Virus record (IMG/VR): IMGVR_UViG_3300044797_000394
Coordinates: 64,001 to 128,000 of that record
Source: a virus
Strand: one strand, 5' to 3'
Length of the DNA: 64,000 bases
Positions within the stretch are counted from its first letter, which is position 1. Each line of letters starts with the position of its first letter. A program made the translations under genes and the position numbers. This document shows, piece by piece, positions 29,915-39,250 of the stretch. The notes under the pieces were generated by a model. That model searched no databases. It had not been told where the DNA came from and was given only the letters and a program-made list of their open reading frames with translations.

Positions 29915-31512
29915 TCAAAACAGGTGACAACTTACTTCTGTTAGAAGAGTTGGATGCGTTAACTATCCAGTTCATTTATGCGGATCCCCCATTCGGAAAA
30001 GGGAAAAGGCACAACCTCATCGATGATAGCGAAGCCCACGAGAAAGCGTACCAAGACACGTGGTCGTGGTCGGAATCGGATATGAGGGACTACCGCGAAT
30101 TCGAAGAGAAAGTCAACAAGAGCCCGGTTGAAATTCGCTTGTGGAGCTATTACGAACACATACGTCAATGCGCCGATCCGGACTCTTTGGCCTATATCTT
30201 TCGGATGGGGCCTAGATTGATCCAGTGTCATCGCGTGCTCACGTCCACTGGTACGATCGCGGTCCATTGTAGTCCCACGTACTCACATCGTTTGCGCGAG
30301 GTTTTGGATGCTATTTTCGGAGCGGACCATTTCGTTTCTGAGATCGTATGGAAACGGTCGAATGGTCACAGTGACGGACATCGACCTGGGGCAATGCACG
30401 ATACGATCCTTATCTACTCAAAGTCTCATTCCTACACCTATAACCAGTACCTTCCTGAAGGCCTGAAAGCAAGGATCAAGAGGCACTACCGACACAAGGA
30501 TGATAACGGTCGATTGTACTCTTTAGATAACCCTACCGCCAATGGCCTCGATGGAGGTGGGTACTCCTACGAATGGAAGGGAGTTTTTCGGCAATGGAGA
30601 TTCTCTAAAGAGAGAATGGAGGAGCTTGATCGACTTGGTCGACTTCAGGATCCAAAACGACCTAAAGGTGTAGTCAGAATTAAACGGTTCTTGGATGAGC
30701 ACAAGGGGGTGGTGGTACAGGATCTGTGGACTGACATACCGTACGTGTCATATTTCTCGAGGGAGAGGGTCCCCAATTACGTAGGCCAGAAACCTGTGGG
30801 ATTGATATCTCGTTTGATCGAAATGTTTTCCAATCCCGGAGATCTCGTGTTGGACCCCTTTCTGGGAAGTGGCACGACTGCCATTGCGGCACAAAGACTC
30901 CGACGTCAATGGTTAGGCTTCGAACTCACCCACAAATCCGCAAAAGTCGCTTTTGAGAGGATCTACAAAGAGTTCGGCACGTGCTGTGAAAAAAATGTAT
31001 ACCCCTCGGACATCGAGGACGCCCGTTACTTGGCCAAGTCTGACCCGCATGCTCTCGAGCGATGGGTGGTACGCCAAATCAAAGGTCGTCATAGCGGAAA
31101 GAAGAGCGCGGACGGTGGTATCGATGGAACGTTGGAGCTACTCACGTTCGCGGGACCAGTGAGATTTGTGGTTCAGGTCACCGGCGGCGCCAACATTTCC
31201 GATCATTTCGGCAACTTCGTTGCAACCGTTCTGACGAAGCATAAAGCTGGGTTATACTTCGCTTTTCGGGACTCAATTACAGACAGCATGCGTGTCCGAG
31301 CGTTTAATAGTGGTAGTCTTGTACTTGAGTGTAGGGGTGATTCCTACAGTATCCCGAAAATCCAAATCGTCGAAATAGAAACTACCCTCTCACTGGGCAA
31401 CTCCCCTCTGCTTCCAGGTTTGGTTGTGCCCTACAATTATGATCAGACTCATGAAGCCATGGAACGCAGGTCTAAGGAACAGATGGCAATGATGTTACAG
31501 GGTATGCTCTGA
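29911..31512 (+). CDS. beta-class N6A/N4C DNA methyltransferase with a C-terminal Mrr-like domain
   Basis: YADPPF precedes QKP...LDPFLGSGTT. C-terminal ADGGIDG...VVQVT. Confidence 0.85.
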   Translation: MIKTGDNLLLLEELDALTIQFIYADPPFGKGKRHNLIDDSEAHEKAYQDTWSWSESDMRDYREFEEKVNKSPVEIRLWSYYEHIRQCADPDSLAYIFRMGPRLIQCHRVLTSTGTIAVHCSPTYSHRLREVLDAIFGADHFVSEIVWKRSNGHSDGHRPGAMHDTILIYSKSHSYTYNQYLPEGLKARIKRHYRHKDDNGRLYSLDNPTANGLDGGGYSYEWKGVFRQWRFSKERMEELDRLGRLQDPKRPKGVVRIKRFLDEHKGVVVQDLWTDIPYVSYFSRERVPNYVGQKPVGLISRLIEMFSNPGDLVLDPFLGSGTTAIAAQRLRRQWLGFELTHKSAKVAFERIYKEFGTCCEKNVYPSDIEDARYLAKSDPHALERWVVRQIKGRHSGKKSADGGIDGTLELLTFAGPVRFVVQVTGGANISDHFGNFVATVLTKHKAGLYFAFRDSITDSMRVRAFNSGSLVLECRGDSYSIPKIQIVEIETTLSLGNSPLLPGLVVPYNYDQTHEAMERRSKEQMAMMLQGML

Positions 31513-32226
31513 ATGGCTCCCTTAGACCTCTCCGCTGGTGCTTACTTTTTCGTCTACAATTGCGACGAAGACAGTGCGATTCAAGTGCGGAAGGACGGTC
31601 ACCATATTCATGATACTATCCATCTGTTGAAGCCTGGGCCCACGACTGAATGCATTTTGCTTTGTAGGAAGACTCTCACGTCGCCTACGGTCATCGATCA
31701 GGCCATATTGACTGGTACCGGGGCACTTCAAATCGACGCATGTAGGATCAGACACAACGAGCCGGTGAAGATGACGGTGCGTACGTCCGACAAGTTTTCA
31801 GGCATTATGAATGGGGGACAACTTGGTCACTTCCGCACGGAGTCCGAATTTGCTGGACCGTCTCCCCTTGGTAGATGGCCACCAAATATAATCTTTGTTC
31901 ACTCCCCAGAATGCAAGCCGGGTTATACTAGAGTGGACGGTCACAGGGGATACCCGAACGGTCCAGGGGGTAGCTCGTCTCAGTTCTCCCAGAAGGGCAC
32001 TGCAACGACTCGTACGGGTGCCTGGAGGGGGCACGCTGATGCCGATGGGAAGGAAACGATACCATCATGGCAGTGCGAGTCGGGGTGCCCGGTGCGTCTC
32101 TTCGATGAGCAGACAGTTAACGTAGGGAGTATCTCCCGTTTCTTTCCGCAGTTTGCCGATCGAGAAGCTGCCGTTGATTGGCTCATTACCCTTATTCTCC
32201 CCCCTGGAACGGTGCTCTTTCGATAG
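31513..32226 (+). CDS. DNA-methyltransferase central-region homolog lacking catalytic motifs
   Basis: LCRK...GTGALQIDACRI...GRWPPN...SRFF. No DPPY or FxGxG. Paralog of 57166..58065. Confidence 0.55.
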   Translation: MAPLDLSAGAYFFVYNCDEDSAIQVRKDGHHIHDTIHLLKPGPTTECILLCRKTLTSPTVIDQAILTGTGALQIDACRIRHNEPVKMTVRTSDKFSGIMNGGQLGHFRTESEFAGPSPLGRWPPNIIFVHSPECKPGYTRVDGHRGYPNGPGGSSSQFSQKGTATTRTGAWRGHADADGKETIPSWQCESGCPVRLFDEQTVNVGSISRFFPQFADREAAVDWLITLILPPGTVLFR

Positions 32227-32237
32227 GTTGGGTAGGT

Positions 32238-33659
32238 GTGGATCGCATCGAATTTCGAGTTTTGAGCAGGTGGAAGTCAGCGAATGCTATCAAAATTACG
32301 ATAGATCGTGACGCCACGAATAAAGCTCGTCAGCAATTCCCATCGATGACAGATCAAATCGTCGGTACGTTTGAGTCTCCGGTGAAAATGTATCGCATTT
32401 TTGATGGGGAGGAGTTGAGTCGTATTCTGCGAACGGGAAGGATTACGGGCGGGACTTACTCAGCCAAGGCGGAACGAACTCACGGAGCGTCTTGGGGGCA
32501 CAACATCACGGAAGTCATTGAAATAGGGAATAAACTCAGGGGAAAACGGTACGGAGACGATCTCTTCCTCGCTCGTTTGGACGCAATGGGCGTCCGATTT
32601 CACCATTTGAATCCAAAGGTGCCCTTTGACCCGAACGGGCCACCTCATCAATCCGGGGTCATGGAAGACTCCGCTTGCTGTTTTGGACTAGGGTGCTCGA
32701 TGATTGTCGGACTTGAGGATGTCGACCTATTCGTCGTGCACTCAAATCATCAGATGGACCCAATCTCTACGGAAGAGGCTAGAAATTACGTTGAGAAGCG
32801 ACCCAAGAAGGATGTGGACCTGCGAGAAATAAATCCGCAATTATACCAGGGCTCCATTCTGGATCATGATGTGCGGGTTTGGCTGACCGATGGTAAGTGG
32901 CAGGTCATTCTCAATGATGATCGAGTCATAGTCAATGACGCCCCGACGAAGGACGATGCGATCGAAACAGCTAAGATTGGAATTCGCCTGCGGCCAGGGA
33001 AACCCGTGCCCACCTCCTACCAAATCCTACTCCGAAAGAAAAAGTACGAAAAGCATTTTGAGCAGGATGAGGACCCAAACAAGATTCGTGGTGACTTCTC
33101 TCTCAAGCCTAGAGATCGTGTGCTCGTTGAGAAGGGTTCTCGGGGACTAAACATTCCAGCTCACTCGAGCGCTACCGTAGCCGACGTATATCAACGGACA
33201 GGGGATAGGACTGTTACTGTTAAGCTCATCATTGGAGACCGCCCCGTTTCTCTTTATGCCCAACACCCCAACCGTCTTGGGGACCCTGAAATTGCATTGA
33301 TGAATAGTGGTGGTGACCGCATCTTGATCCGAAAGAAAGCCACTATGAGTAAGCTCACCCTCAAAGTTGCTGCCCGCTATGCCGCCGAGCATGGCGGTTT
33401 GGATGTCGGGTACGGTCCCGCTGGTACGGGGCTGACGTACCAGGCCGAGTTTGACCCCACTACGAAGTGCTTCAAATGTGGTAAGGATGCCAGGCTAGCT
33501 ATTACCATCAAGGAGAAGCCGGGCGGGGATGCTGTGTGCCACCTGTACGACAATCATGATGAGGGCAAGTTCTGGCTTCACGATTTGGCAGCCTACGCCA
33601 TTTATCTCTGTCCTGATGTCGATTGTGCTGAAGCCACCACCCTATGGAATCAAGGATGA
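32238..33659 (+). CDS. RVAAR-tag multidomain protein
   Basis: MDRIEFRVLSRW start. Internal MSKLTLKVAARY at 33345, followed by a CxxC/CxxxxC domain. Confidence 0.65.
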   Translation: MDRIEFRVLSRWKSANAIKITIDRDATNKARQQFPSMTDQIVGTFESPVKMYRIFDGEELSRILRTGRITGGTYSAKAERTHGASWGHNITEVIEIGNKLRGKRYGDDLFLARLDAMGVRFHHLNPKVPFDPNGPPHQSGVMEDSACCFGLGCSMIVGLEDVDLFVVHSNHQMDPISTEEARNYVEKRPKKDVDLREINPQLYQGSILDHDVRVWLTDGKWQVILNDDRVIVNDAPTKDDAIETAKIGIRLRPGKPVPTSYQILLRKKKYEKHFEQDEDPNKIRGDFSLKPRDRVLVEKGSRGLNIPAHSSATVADVYQRTGDRTVTVKLIIGDRPVSLYAQHPNRLGDPEIALMNSGGDRILIRKKATMSKLTLKVAARYAAEHGGLDVGYGPAGTGLTYQAEFDPTTKCFKCGKDARLAITIKEKPGGDAVCHLYDNHDEGKFWLHDLAAYAIYLCPDVDCAEATTLWNQG

Positions 33660-35050
33660 ACGATATTGATCCTGAGTGGGGCATCGCCGCCCTCGAGTGG
33701 TGCCGTAGCCAACCCATGAGCGCATGCTCGGGGGAGGACGGTCTTGAGGACGTAATCTACGACGACGTCGCTCCGACCGACGCAATCTCAGCCAGAGTTG
33801 CCGCACGAGTTTTGATCGCCAGGGGGTTCTTCGCCCCCGGGGACGAAATTGTATTCGGGAAGTACAAGAACAAGCACGGCATCATCGAGCGCATTTGGGC
33901 CGATGATCGTGGACACCCGATGATTGAGATTCGTCCAGTCCCACAAGGCCGCAAAAAGAACAAGATCATGGGTCTCTACAAGATCTGGCACGACCCCGAC
34001 CCGCCCGACCCCGAAGAAGAAGAGAAGAAGACGGCTGCCGAACGAGTCGTTGAGCGCTATGCGGCGTCCGTAGTTCTCGAGAAGAAGTTTGGTCGATTCA
34101 AGGTGATTTATCTGAAGCAGCACGAAGAACACGTGGACAAGCTGGGTGCTTTGCTCGAGGAAGCGGAGCGTATGTACGCCGCTGCTGGTGTCCCCATCGT
34201 TCACGATATTTCGTCTGTACTAAGCGGGCGAGGTGCTTCCCATGCCGGCGCACTTTACACAATGGGTAGTGTGCCTCCTACCATTCAGTTTGCACCGAAG
34301 TCCTACGAGGATCCTAAACTTATCCATACGGTCATTCATGAGCTTGGACACTACTGCCACGATAAGGTGGTGCCAGGTGGAATTAATAACTCAGCAATCA
34401 TCAGTAAGCACATGTGGGCTGTTCGTCAGAAGTCGACCGGTAAAAGCAACAAGGTTGACATTCTGAACCGAAAAATGAAGGCTCTGAATGAAGCGTATTC
34501 CCGACTGAGTGAGGAGCAAAACAAGCGAAAGCCATTGCCACGCAAGGGACAGGTATTTGAATACGATACGTGGGTCAATGGTGTGCAGTACCATGTGAAG
34601 GGTCGCATCGTTGGTAAGGCGGATAGTCGCACTGTCAACGTGGAGGTCATTGACGCCCCAGAGGCTTATATCAAGCGTCAGCAAATCTACCGACGAGGCC
34701 CTGGACCCTTAATTGTGCCTGAATCCGTCGATTCCCTTACCTATGCTGGTAAAGACGAAGCCAAAGAGGCGGAACTCAAAAAGGTTGAGGAAGAAAGGCA
34801 TACGGTTTACGTAGAGTTGTCCTCCCTCATAAAGAGTGGCGAAGGACGGAGTGACTACAAAACCCATCTACATGATTGGGTCCCCACGAACTATGCCCGT
34901 AAGAACCACATGGAGTATTTTGCAGAGATGATGACCACCTACATTCTTGGTCATCTAAAACCAGAACCGTCCGAGTGGCTCAAGAGTGTTGTCAAGACGG
35001 GTAAAGCTCCCGAGGCGCCTGAACCCGTACCCACAGAAGAGCCCGAATGA
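33656..35050 (+). CDS. RVAAR-tag HExxH zincin-like multidomain protein
   Basis: ISARVAARV, TAAERVVERY, VIHELGHYCH...NYARKNHMEYFAE. Confidence 0.7.
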   Translation: MNDIDPEWGIAALEWCRSQPMSACSGEDGLEDVIYDDVAPTDAISARVAARVLIARGFFAPGDEIVFGKYKNKHGIIERIWADDRGHPMIEIRPVPQGRKKNKIMGLYKIWHDPDPPDPEEEEKKTAAERVVERYAASVVLEKKFGRFKVIYLKQHEEHVDKLGALLEEAERMYAAAGVPIVHDISSVLSGRGASHAGALYTMGSVPPTIQFAPKSYEDPKLIHTVIHELGHYCHDKVVPGGINNSAIISKHMWAVRQKSTGKSNKVDILNRKMKALNEAYSRLSEEQNKRKPLPRKGQVFEYDTWVNGVQYHVKGRIVGKADSRTVNVEVIDAPEAYIKRQQIYRRGPGPLIVPESVDSLTYAGKDEAKEAELKKVEEERHTVYVELSSLIKSGEGRSDYKTHLHDWVPTNYARKNHMEYFAEMMTTYILGHLKPEPSEWLKSVVKTGKAPEAPEPVPTEEPE

Positions 35051-35781
35051 GGTTCCTTGTTGTTGCCCGCGCCCGGTCGAAAGGGCTTGTCAGTGAGGAG
35101 CGACAGCTTCGGTCTCGCAGTCGACGACTGAGCCGTGTCCGATCCTCCATGGAAGCGCTTCAAGCCAAAGTCAAGCGAGACCTACGCTCGAGCGATCCCA
35201 ATCGTTTTCTCACCGCGTTGGCGGTCGGACTCATGGCTGAGACGAGCGAGGACCCCGTCTTCTCTTGGCGGAAGAAGAACGTCCAGCTCGATGATCGAGA
35301 GGCGTACTTCCGAGCCAAGGGGAAACGCAAGCCCATCACCAACGCATCGATCGTCAGAGCTTTGGCGGATGCCTACGAAGCGGTCGAGGATGTGGACGAC
35401 GAGCTCTTTGCACACGACACGGGTCGCGTGACGGCGGACATGGTGAACGAATACCTGGGCGGATTCAAGCTCAATATGAGTGATATCCGAGGGTTCAACG
35501 CCAATAGAATCATGTCTTCCAAGTTGTCTCAGGTTCGATCTGAGGGTCCCGAACTCCCAAGGCAAAAACGATCAAGAACGAAGCTCCTTCAAGGGGAGTT
35601 CCTCAAGGCACTCGAAGCCACTGCGGAAGAGGTAGGACTCGAGGCCGACATGATCCGATTTAATTGCCTTGATCCGGGAATGGAAGCCGCCTACCTCGAC
35701 AATGGAACCCTGGAGAAAACAGCCTCTTTGGATCCGCTGACCGTGAAGGTTGCGAGTCGGTTTCAGAAACTCCACGGATAG
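35047..35781 (+). CDS. topoisomerase IB-like fold, probably inactive
   Basis: ALAVGLMAET, FRAKG, VNEYL, SDIRGFNAN, AEEVG...IRFNCLDP (Cys at the Tyr position). Confidence 0.55.
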   Translation: MRFLVVARARSKGLVSEERQLRSRSRRLSRVRSSMEALQAKVKRDLRSSDPNRFLTALAVGLMAETSEDPVFSWRKKNVQLDDREAYFRAKGKRKPITNASIVRALADAYEAVEDVDDELFAHDTGRVTADMVNEYLGGFKLNMSDIRGFNANRIMSSKLSQVRSEGPELPRQKRSRTKLLQGEFLKALEATAEEVGLEADMIRFNCLDPGMEAAYLDNGTLEKTASLDPLTVKVASRFQKLHG

Positions 35782-35880
35782 TTCACTTTAGTTTTGAGGG
35801 TACGTAACAGAACCTCGTCTTGATGCGTCGAGAACGGTGTACTCTAAGAACGAACCCCAACCACAACCCAGGAAATCAGG

Positions 35881-36960
35881 ATGCACTACCTCACCCCCAC
35901 CAAGGAAACGGCTCACGTCGTCATCTTCTACCGCGACTTCAAGTCCTACGGTGGAGACTACGAGGATTACAACAGCGAAGGCGGCAAGTGCCATCGCGGT
36001 CTCGGTGTCAACGCCCTTCACACGGCCAAGGTCCTCCGCAAGGCGGGGGTCCGATGCGATATCGCGCCCGTCTGGAACATCGACTCCGTTCGCAAGGCAC
36101 TCCAGAAGTACATGCCAACTCACGCGATCGTCGAGGCCTTCTGGATCAAAGCTCCGGACATGTCCACGCTTCTCACGGAGTTCCCCAGCGTCCACTTCGT
36201 CGTCCGTTGCCACAGTCAGATCGGCTTCCTCCAAGTCGAGCCGGGCGCCATCAAGATTCTCCGGGATATGCTCCTCCTGCAAGAAGTCCAACTCAATCTC
36301 ACCGTCTCGGCAAATACGCTGCGTCTCAAGCAGTTCATCGATCGTACGTACAAGAGCCGATGCTTGCTCTTGCCGAATCTCTACAACGTCGATCGCGAGA
36401 ACCGCAAGCCCGGTGTCAGCCATGATCATCGGAGCCTTCGCATCGGCTGCTTCGGCGCCCATCGTCTGTTGAAGAATCACACGACCTCGGCCGCTGCCGC
36501 TCTCATGATGGCGAATCGACGCGGTTCCGACCTCGAATTTTACGTGAATTCGGGTCGCACGGAGAACCCTCAGAGCAAGAGCATCATGCTTGCGCTAAAC
36601 AACATGTTCAACAATCTTCGCTGGGCGAAGATTGTTCAGGTTCCATGGGAAGAGTGGAGCCAGTTCCGACTGACCGTCTCCCATATGGACCTCGTCGTTC
36701 AAGCCTCATTCACAGAAACTTTTAACATAGTGACGGCCGACGCGGTTTCCGAAGGAGTTCCGGCCGTCGTAGGTCCCGCCATCGAATGGGTTCCCGAATC
36801 ATGGCAGGCAGATCCGGACGATGCCGATGACATCGCTCGAGTCGGCTCGGCTCTCCTCTGGGACACCGGCAGCGCCGCCGAGGGTCTCTGCGCCCTCGAA
36901 AAGTACGTTTCCGAGGGTCTCTGCAAATGGCTGAAATATCTGGACAGTAACCCCACGTAA
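35881..36960 (+). CDS. GT-B (family 4-like) glycosyltransferase
   Basis: FGAHRLLKNH, DLVVQASFTETFNIVTADAVSEGVPAV. Confidence 0.75.
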   Translation: MHYLTPTKETAHVVIFYRDFKSYGGDYEDYNSEGGKCHRGLGVNALHTAKVLRKAGVRCDIAPVWNIDSVRKALQKYMPTHAIVEAFWIKAPDMSTLLTEFPSVHFVVRCHSQIGFLQVEPGAIKILRDMLLLQEVQLNLTVSANTLRLKQFIDRTYKSRCLLLPNLYNVDRENRKPGVSHDHRSLRIGCFGAHRLLKNHTTSAAAALMMANRRGSDLEFYVNSGRTENPQSKSIMLALNNMFNNLRWAKIVQVPWEEWSQFRLTVSHMDLVVQASFTETFNIVTADAVSEGVPAVVGPAIEWVPESWQADPDDADDIARVGSALLWDTGSAAEGLCALEKYVSEGLCKWLKYLDSNPT

Positions 36961-36988
36961 TCTGACGATTACGATTTCGGGTCGGTGT

Positions 36989-37022
36989 AAGGGCTCGTCG
37001 GAACATCCGACGAGCCCTTTTT
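36989..37022 (+). terminator. intrinsic terminator
   Basis: AAGGGCTCGTCGGA-ACA-TCCGACGAGCCCTT hairpin ending in a TTTTT run. Confidence 0.8.
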
Positions 37023-37129
37023 CATTTGGGAGTGTGAAATTCGTCGATGAACCTCTAATCAATACGACAGTTTCATCTACGTACGTGCGCGCTCACGCGC
37101 ACGTGACCAAACCCCAAGACGGAGCGCCA

Positions 37130-38458
37130 ATGTCCTTAGTATGGAGTGAGAGTGATCTTCGTGTTGCCAAACTCATCTTGTCGAAGTACCCCATCTACCA
37201 ATTCAGGGAAGCCCTGAAGGAGATCCAGGACAACGTTGACCACCCGGTCACCCAAGGGGCACTGAGAGCCGCGTTTCAGCGAAACAAGCTGAACGCCCCC
37301 TCCTCCTACTGCAAGGAACTCAGCCCTTCCGAGGAAGAGCTCCTCGATGATAAAGAAGAAAAGAAGGCCTACGAGGGCGATGATGACGAGCCCGACTTCG
37401 ACCCGGTGGAGCGAAGGGAACAGCAAGAAGAAATCTCTCGGGACAAGAGGCAGATCCGACAGCTCGTCGACCAGCTACGTGAGGCCCGCGCTCGACAGTC
37501 GTTCATCGACGTTGTACATAGCTTCAAGGCGCCGCCCCGTATCATGCCTCGAGAGAAGAACTCGGGTGTGAGAGAAATGACAGCCGTAGCCCTATGTTCC
37601 GATTGGCACGTTGAAGAGCCGGTTGAACCGGAGAGCGTTGCCTATCGTAACGAGTATAACCTCGATATCGCCGATCATAGAATTCGCCGCTTGTTTGATG
37701 GAATCATTTGGAACATCGAGCACCATCGTGCGAGCAAGCGACTCACCATCAACGATCTGGTGCTCTGGCTTGGTGGCGATTTAATGACCGGCTACATTCA
37801 CGAGGAACTGGTTGAAACGAATGCCCTCTCGCCCACGGAAACGATTCGATGGCTACTCCCTAGAATTCGTGATGGGATTTGGACCCTTCTGAATCGCCTC
37901 GACTTTGCCCATATCGAGGTTCCGTGTTCTTACGGTAATCACGGAAGGACGACTGCAAAGCCTCGAATCTCCTCTGGATTTGCAAATAGTTTTGAGTGGC
38001 TCATGTACCACTCCCTGGCGGATGAGTTCCGCAATGAGAAACGGATTCACTTCGAAATCACCAACTCCCCACACCAGTACGTTCAGGTCTACGATTGGAC
38101 TCTTCACTTCCACCACGGTGACGATGTGAAGTACATGGGTGGGGTCGGTGGACTCGGCATTCCGTTGCTCAAGTCCCTACCAATGTGGGACCTTGTCAAA
38201 AGGGCCGACGTCCACAACATAGGGCACCATCACTCCCTACTTGACTATGGTAGAGCCGTAGTCAATGGGTCGCTCATTGGGTACGGGCCTTACAGCCAAC
38301 GTATCAGAGCAGCTTTCGAAGTTCCCCAACAAGCCATGTACTACATGGATAAAAAACGCGGGAAATCGATGTTGACCTCTCTCTGGGTCGACGAGGAGGC
38401 TCCCAATCAGCTACACGGTGTTCCACCTCAGCCATTGGAAGATCTTACCGACCGATAA
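37130..38458 (+). CDS. calcineurin-like metallophosphoesterase
   Basis: SDWH, GGDLM, GNHGR, HHGD, GHHH. SD GGAG before ATG 37130. Confidence 0.85.
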   Translation: MSLVWSESDLRVAKLILSKYPIYQFREALKEIQDNVDHPVTQGALRAAFQRNKLNAPSSYCKELSPSEEELLDDKEEKKAYEGDDDEPDFDPVERREQQEEISRDKRQIRQLVDQLREARARQSFIDVVHSFKAPPRIMPREKNSGVREMTAVALCSDWHVEEPVEPESVAYRNEYNLDIADHRIRRLFDGIIWNIEHHRASKRLTINDLVLWLGGDLMTGYIHEELVETNALSPTETIRWLLPRIRDGIWTLLNRLDFAHIEVPCSYGNHGRTTAKPRISSGFANSFEWLMYHSLADEFRNEKRIHFEITNSPHQYVQVYDWTLHFHHGDDVKYMGGVGGLGIPLLKSLPMWDLVKRADVHNIGHHHSLLDYGRAVVNGSLIGYGPYSQRIRAAFEVPQQAMYYMDKKRGKSMLTSLWVDEEAPNQLHGVPPQPLEDLTDR

Positions 38459-38481
38459 CCTTTGGTGCTAAGCTTAGGGAC

Positions 38482-38664
38482 ATGGACCGACGAGAGGTAG
38501 CCGGGCTTTGTGGGGGACTAAACCTAGGGAACGTGGTTGCGATCGGCGTAGCTGTGGCGGCACACGCATCCGAGCACACGCTATCAATAGTGACTTTTAC
38601 CGCCGCGAGCATTTCTCTGCTCTCCGTCATTATCCTGGCCCTACACAACAAGCGAACGTCCTAG
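38482..38664 (+). CDS. small two-TM membrane protein
   Basis: 60 aa with two hydrophobic segments and a basic C-terminus. Confidence 0.5.
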   Translation: MDRREVAGLCGGLNLGNVVAIGVAVAAHASEHTLSIVTFTAASISLLSVIILALHNKRTS

Positions 38665-38672
38665 GGGCCGTC

Positions 38673-39041
38673 ATGAGGGGTCGTCGTATATGGGTGAAGC
38701 TACAGACCCAACGCGGCGAACTCCGGGTTTACGTCGTCAAGTGGGTCCTCAAGGATGATGACGGCAATGTGGCCGACGCTCTCTACGACTCGGACAACAA
38801 TTGCATTGAGGTCACCTGGGGCCCAGACGACAACTTTATGAAGATGAAACTTCTGCACGAGCTACTGCACGTGTGCTTCTCCCCACACTCCGGGGACATA
38901 AAGTATTCGGTACTGGGAGGCAACTTGCTCGAGACTCGATGGTTCCGAGAGGAGATGGTGGTCAGTTTCCTTGAGCCCGTTCTCTATGACCTACTCACCC
39001 GGAATGCTCTGCTCAAGTTTCCGAAACCACCGAAGGTCTAA
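38673..39041 (+). CDS. small HExxH metallopeptidase-like protein
   Basis: LLHELLHVCF...EEMVV. Confidence 0.6.
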   Translation: MRGRRIWVKLQTQRGELRVYVVKWVLKDDDGNVADALYDSDNNCIEVTWGPDDNFMKMKLLHELLHVCFSPHSGDIKYSVLGGNLLETRWFREEMVVSFLEPVLYDLLTRNALLKFPKPPKV

Positions 39042-39249
39042 TCGCTGTTGTCAGTTTGAACTCAACGGTACATAAAGAGCCGTTCACATTGGCAAGAGAC
39101 GTATAGAGTCCGTTCGACTGCCTAGTCGCGTTTCCTATTAGTTGGATGCCGTTGTCGAGGATGGTGCCGTCCACGTCGTACTGAGGCTCGGCTAACAGAA
39201 CCGAGCCATCGCATGAGGCACCAAAAGTGCCCTTCTCTTCGTTACCCAT
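39013..39249 (-). CDS. hypothetical protein
   Basis: ATG directly after the dam stop. Confidence 0.45.
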   Translation of the reverse strand: MGNEEKGTFGASCDGSVLLAEPQYDVDGTILDNGIQLIGNATRQSNGLYTSLANVNGSLCTVEFKLTTAIRPSVVSET

Positions 39250-39250
39250 C

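Noticed and set aside
38482-38664. Holin call for the small two-TM protein
   Set aside because: It is not adjacent to the DUF1906 hydrolase or any lysis gene. Hydrophobicity alone is insufficient.
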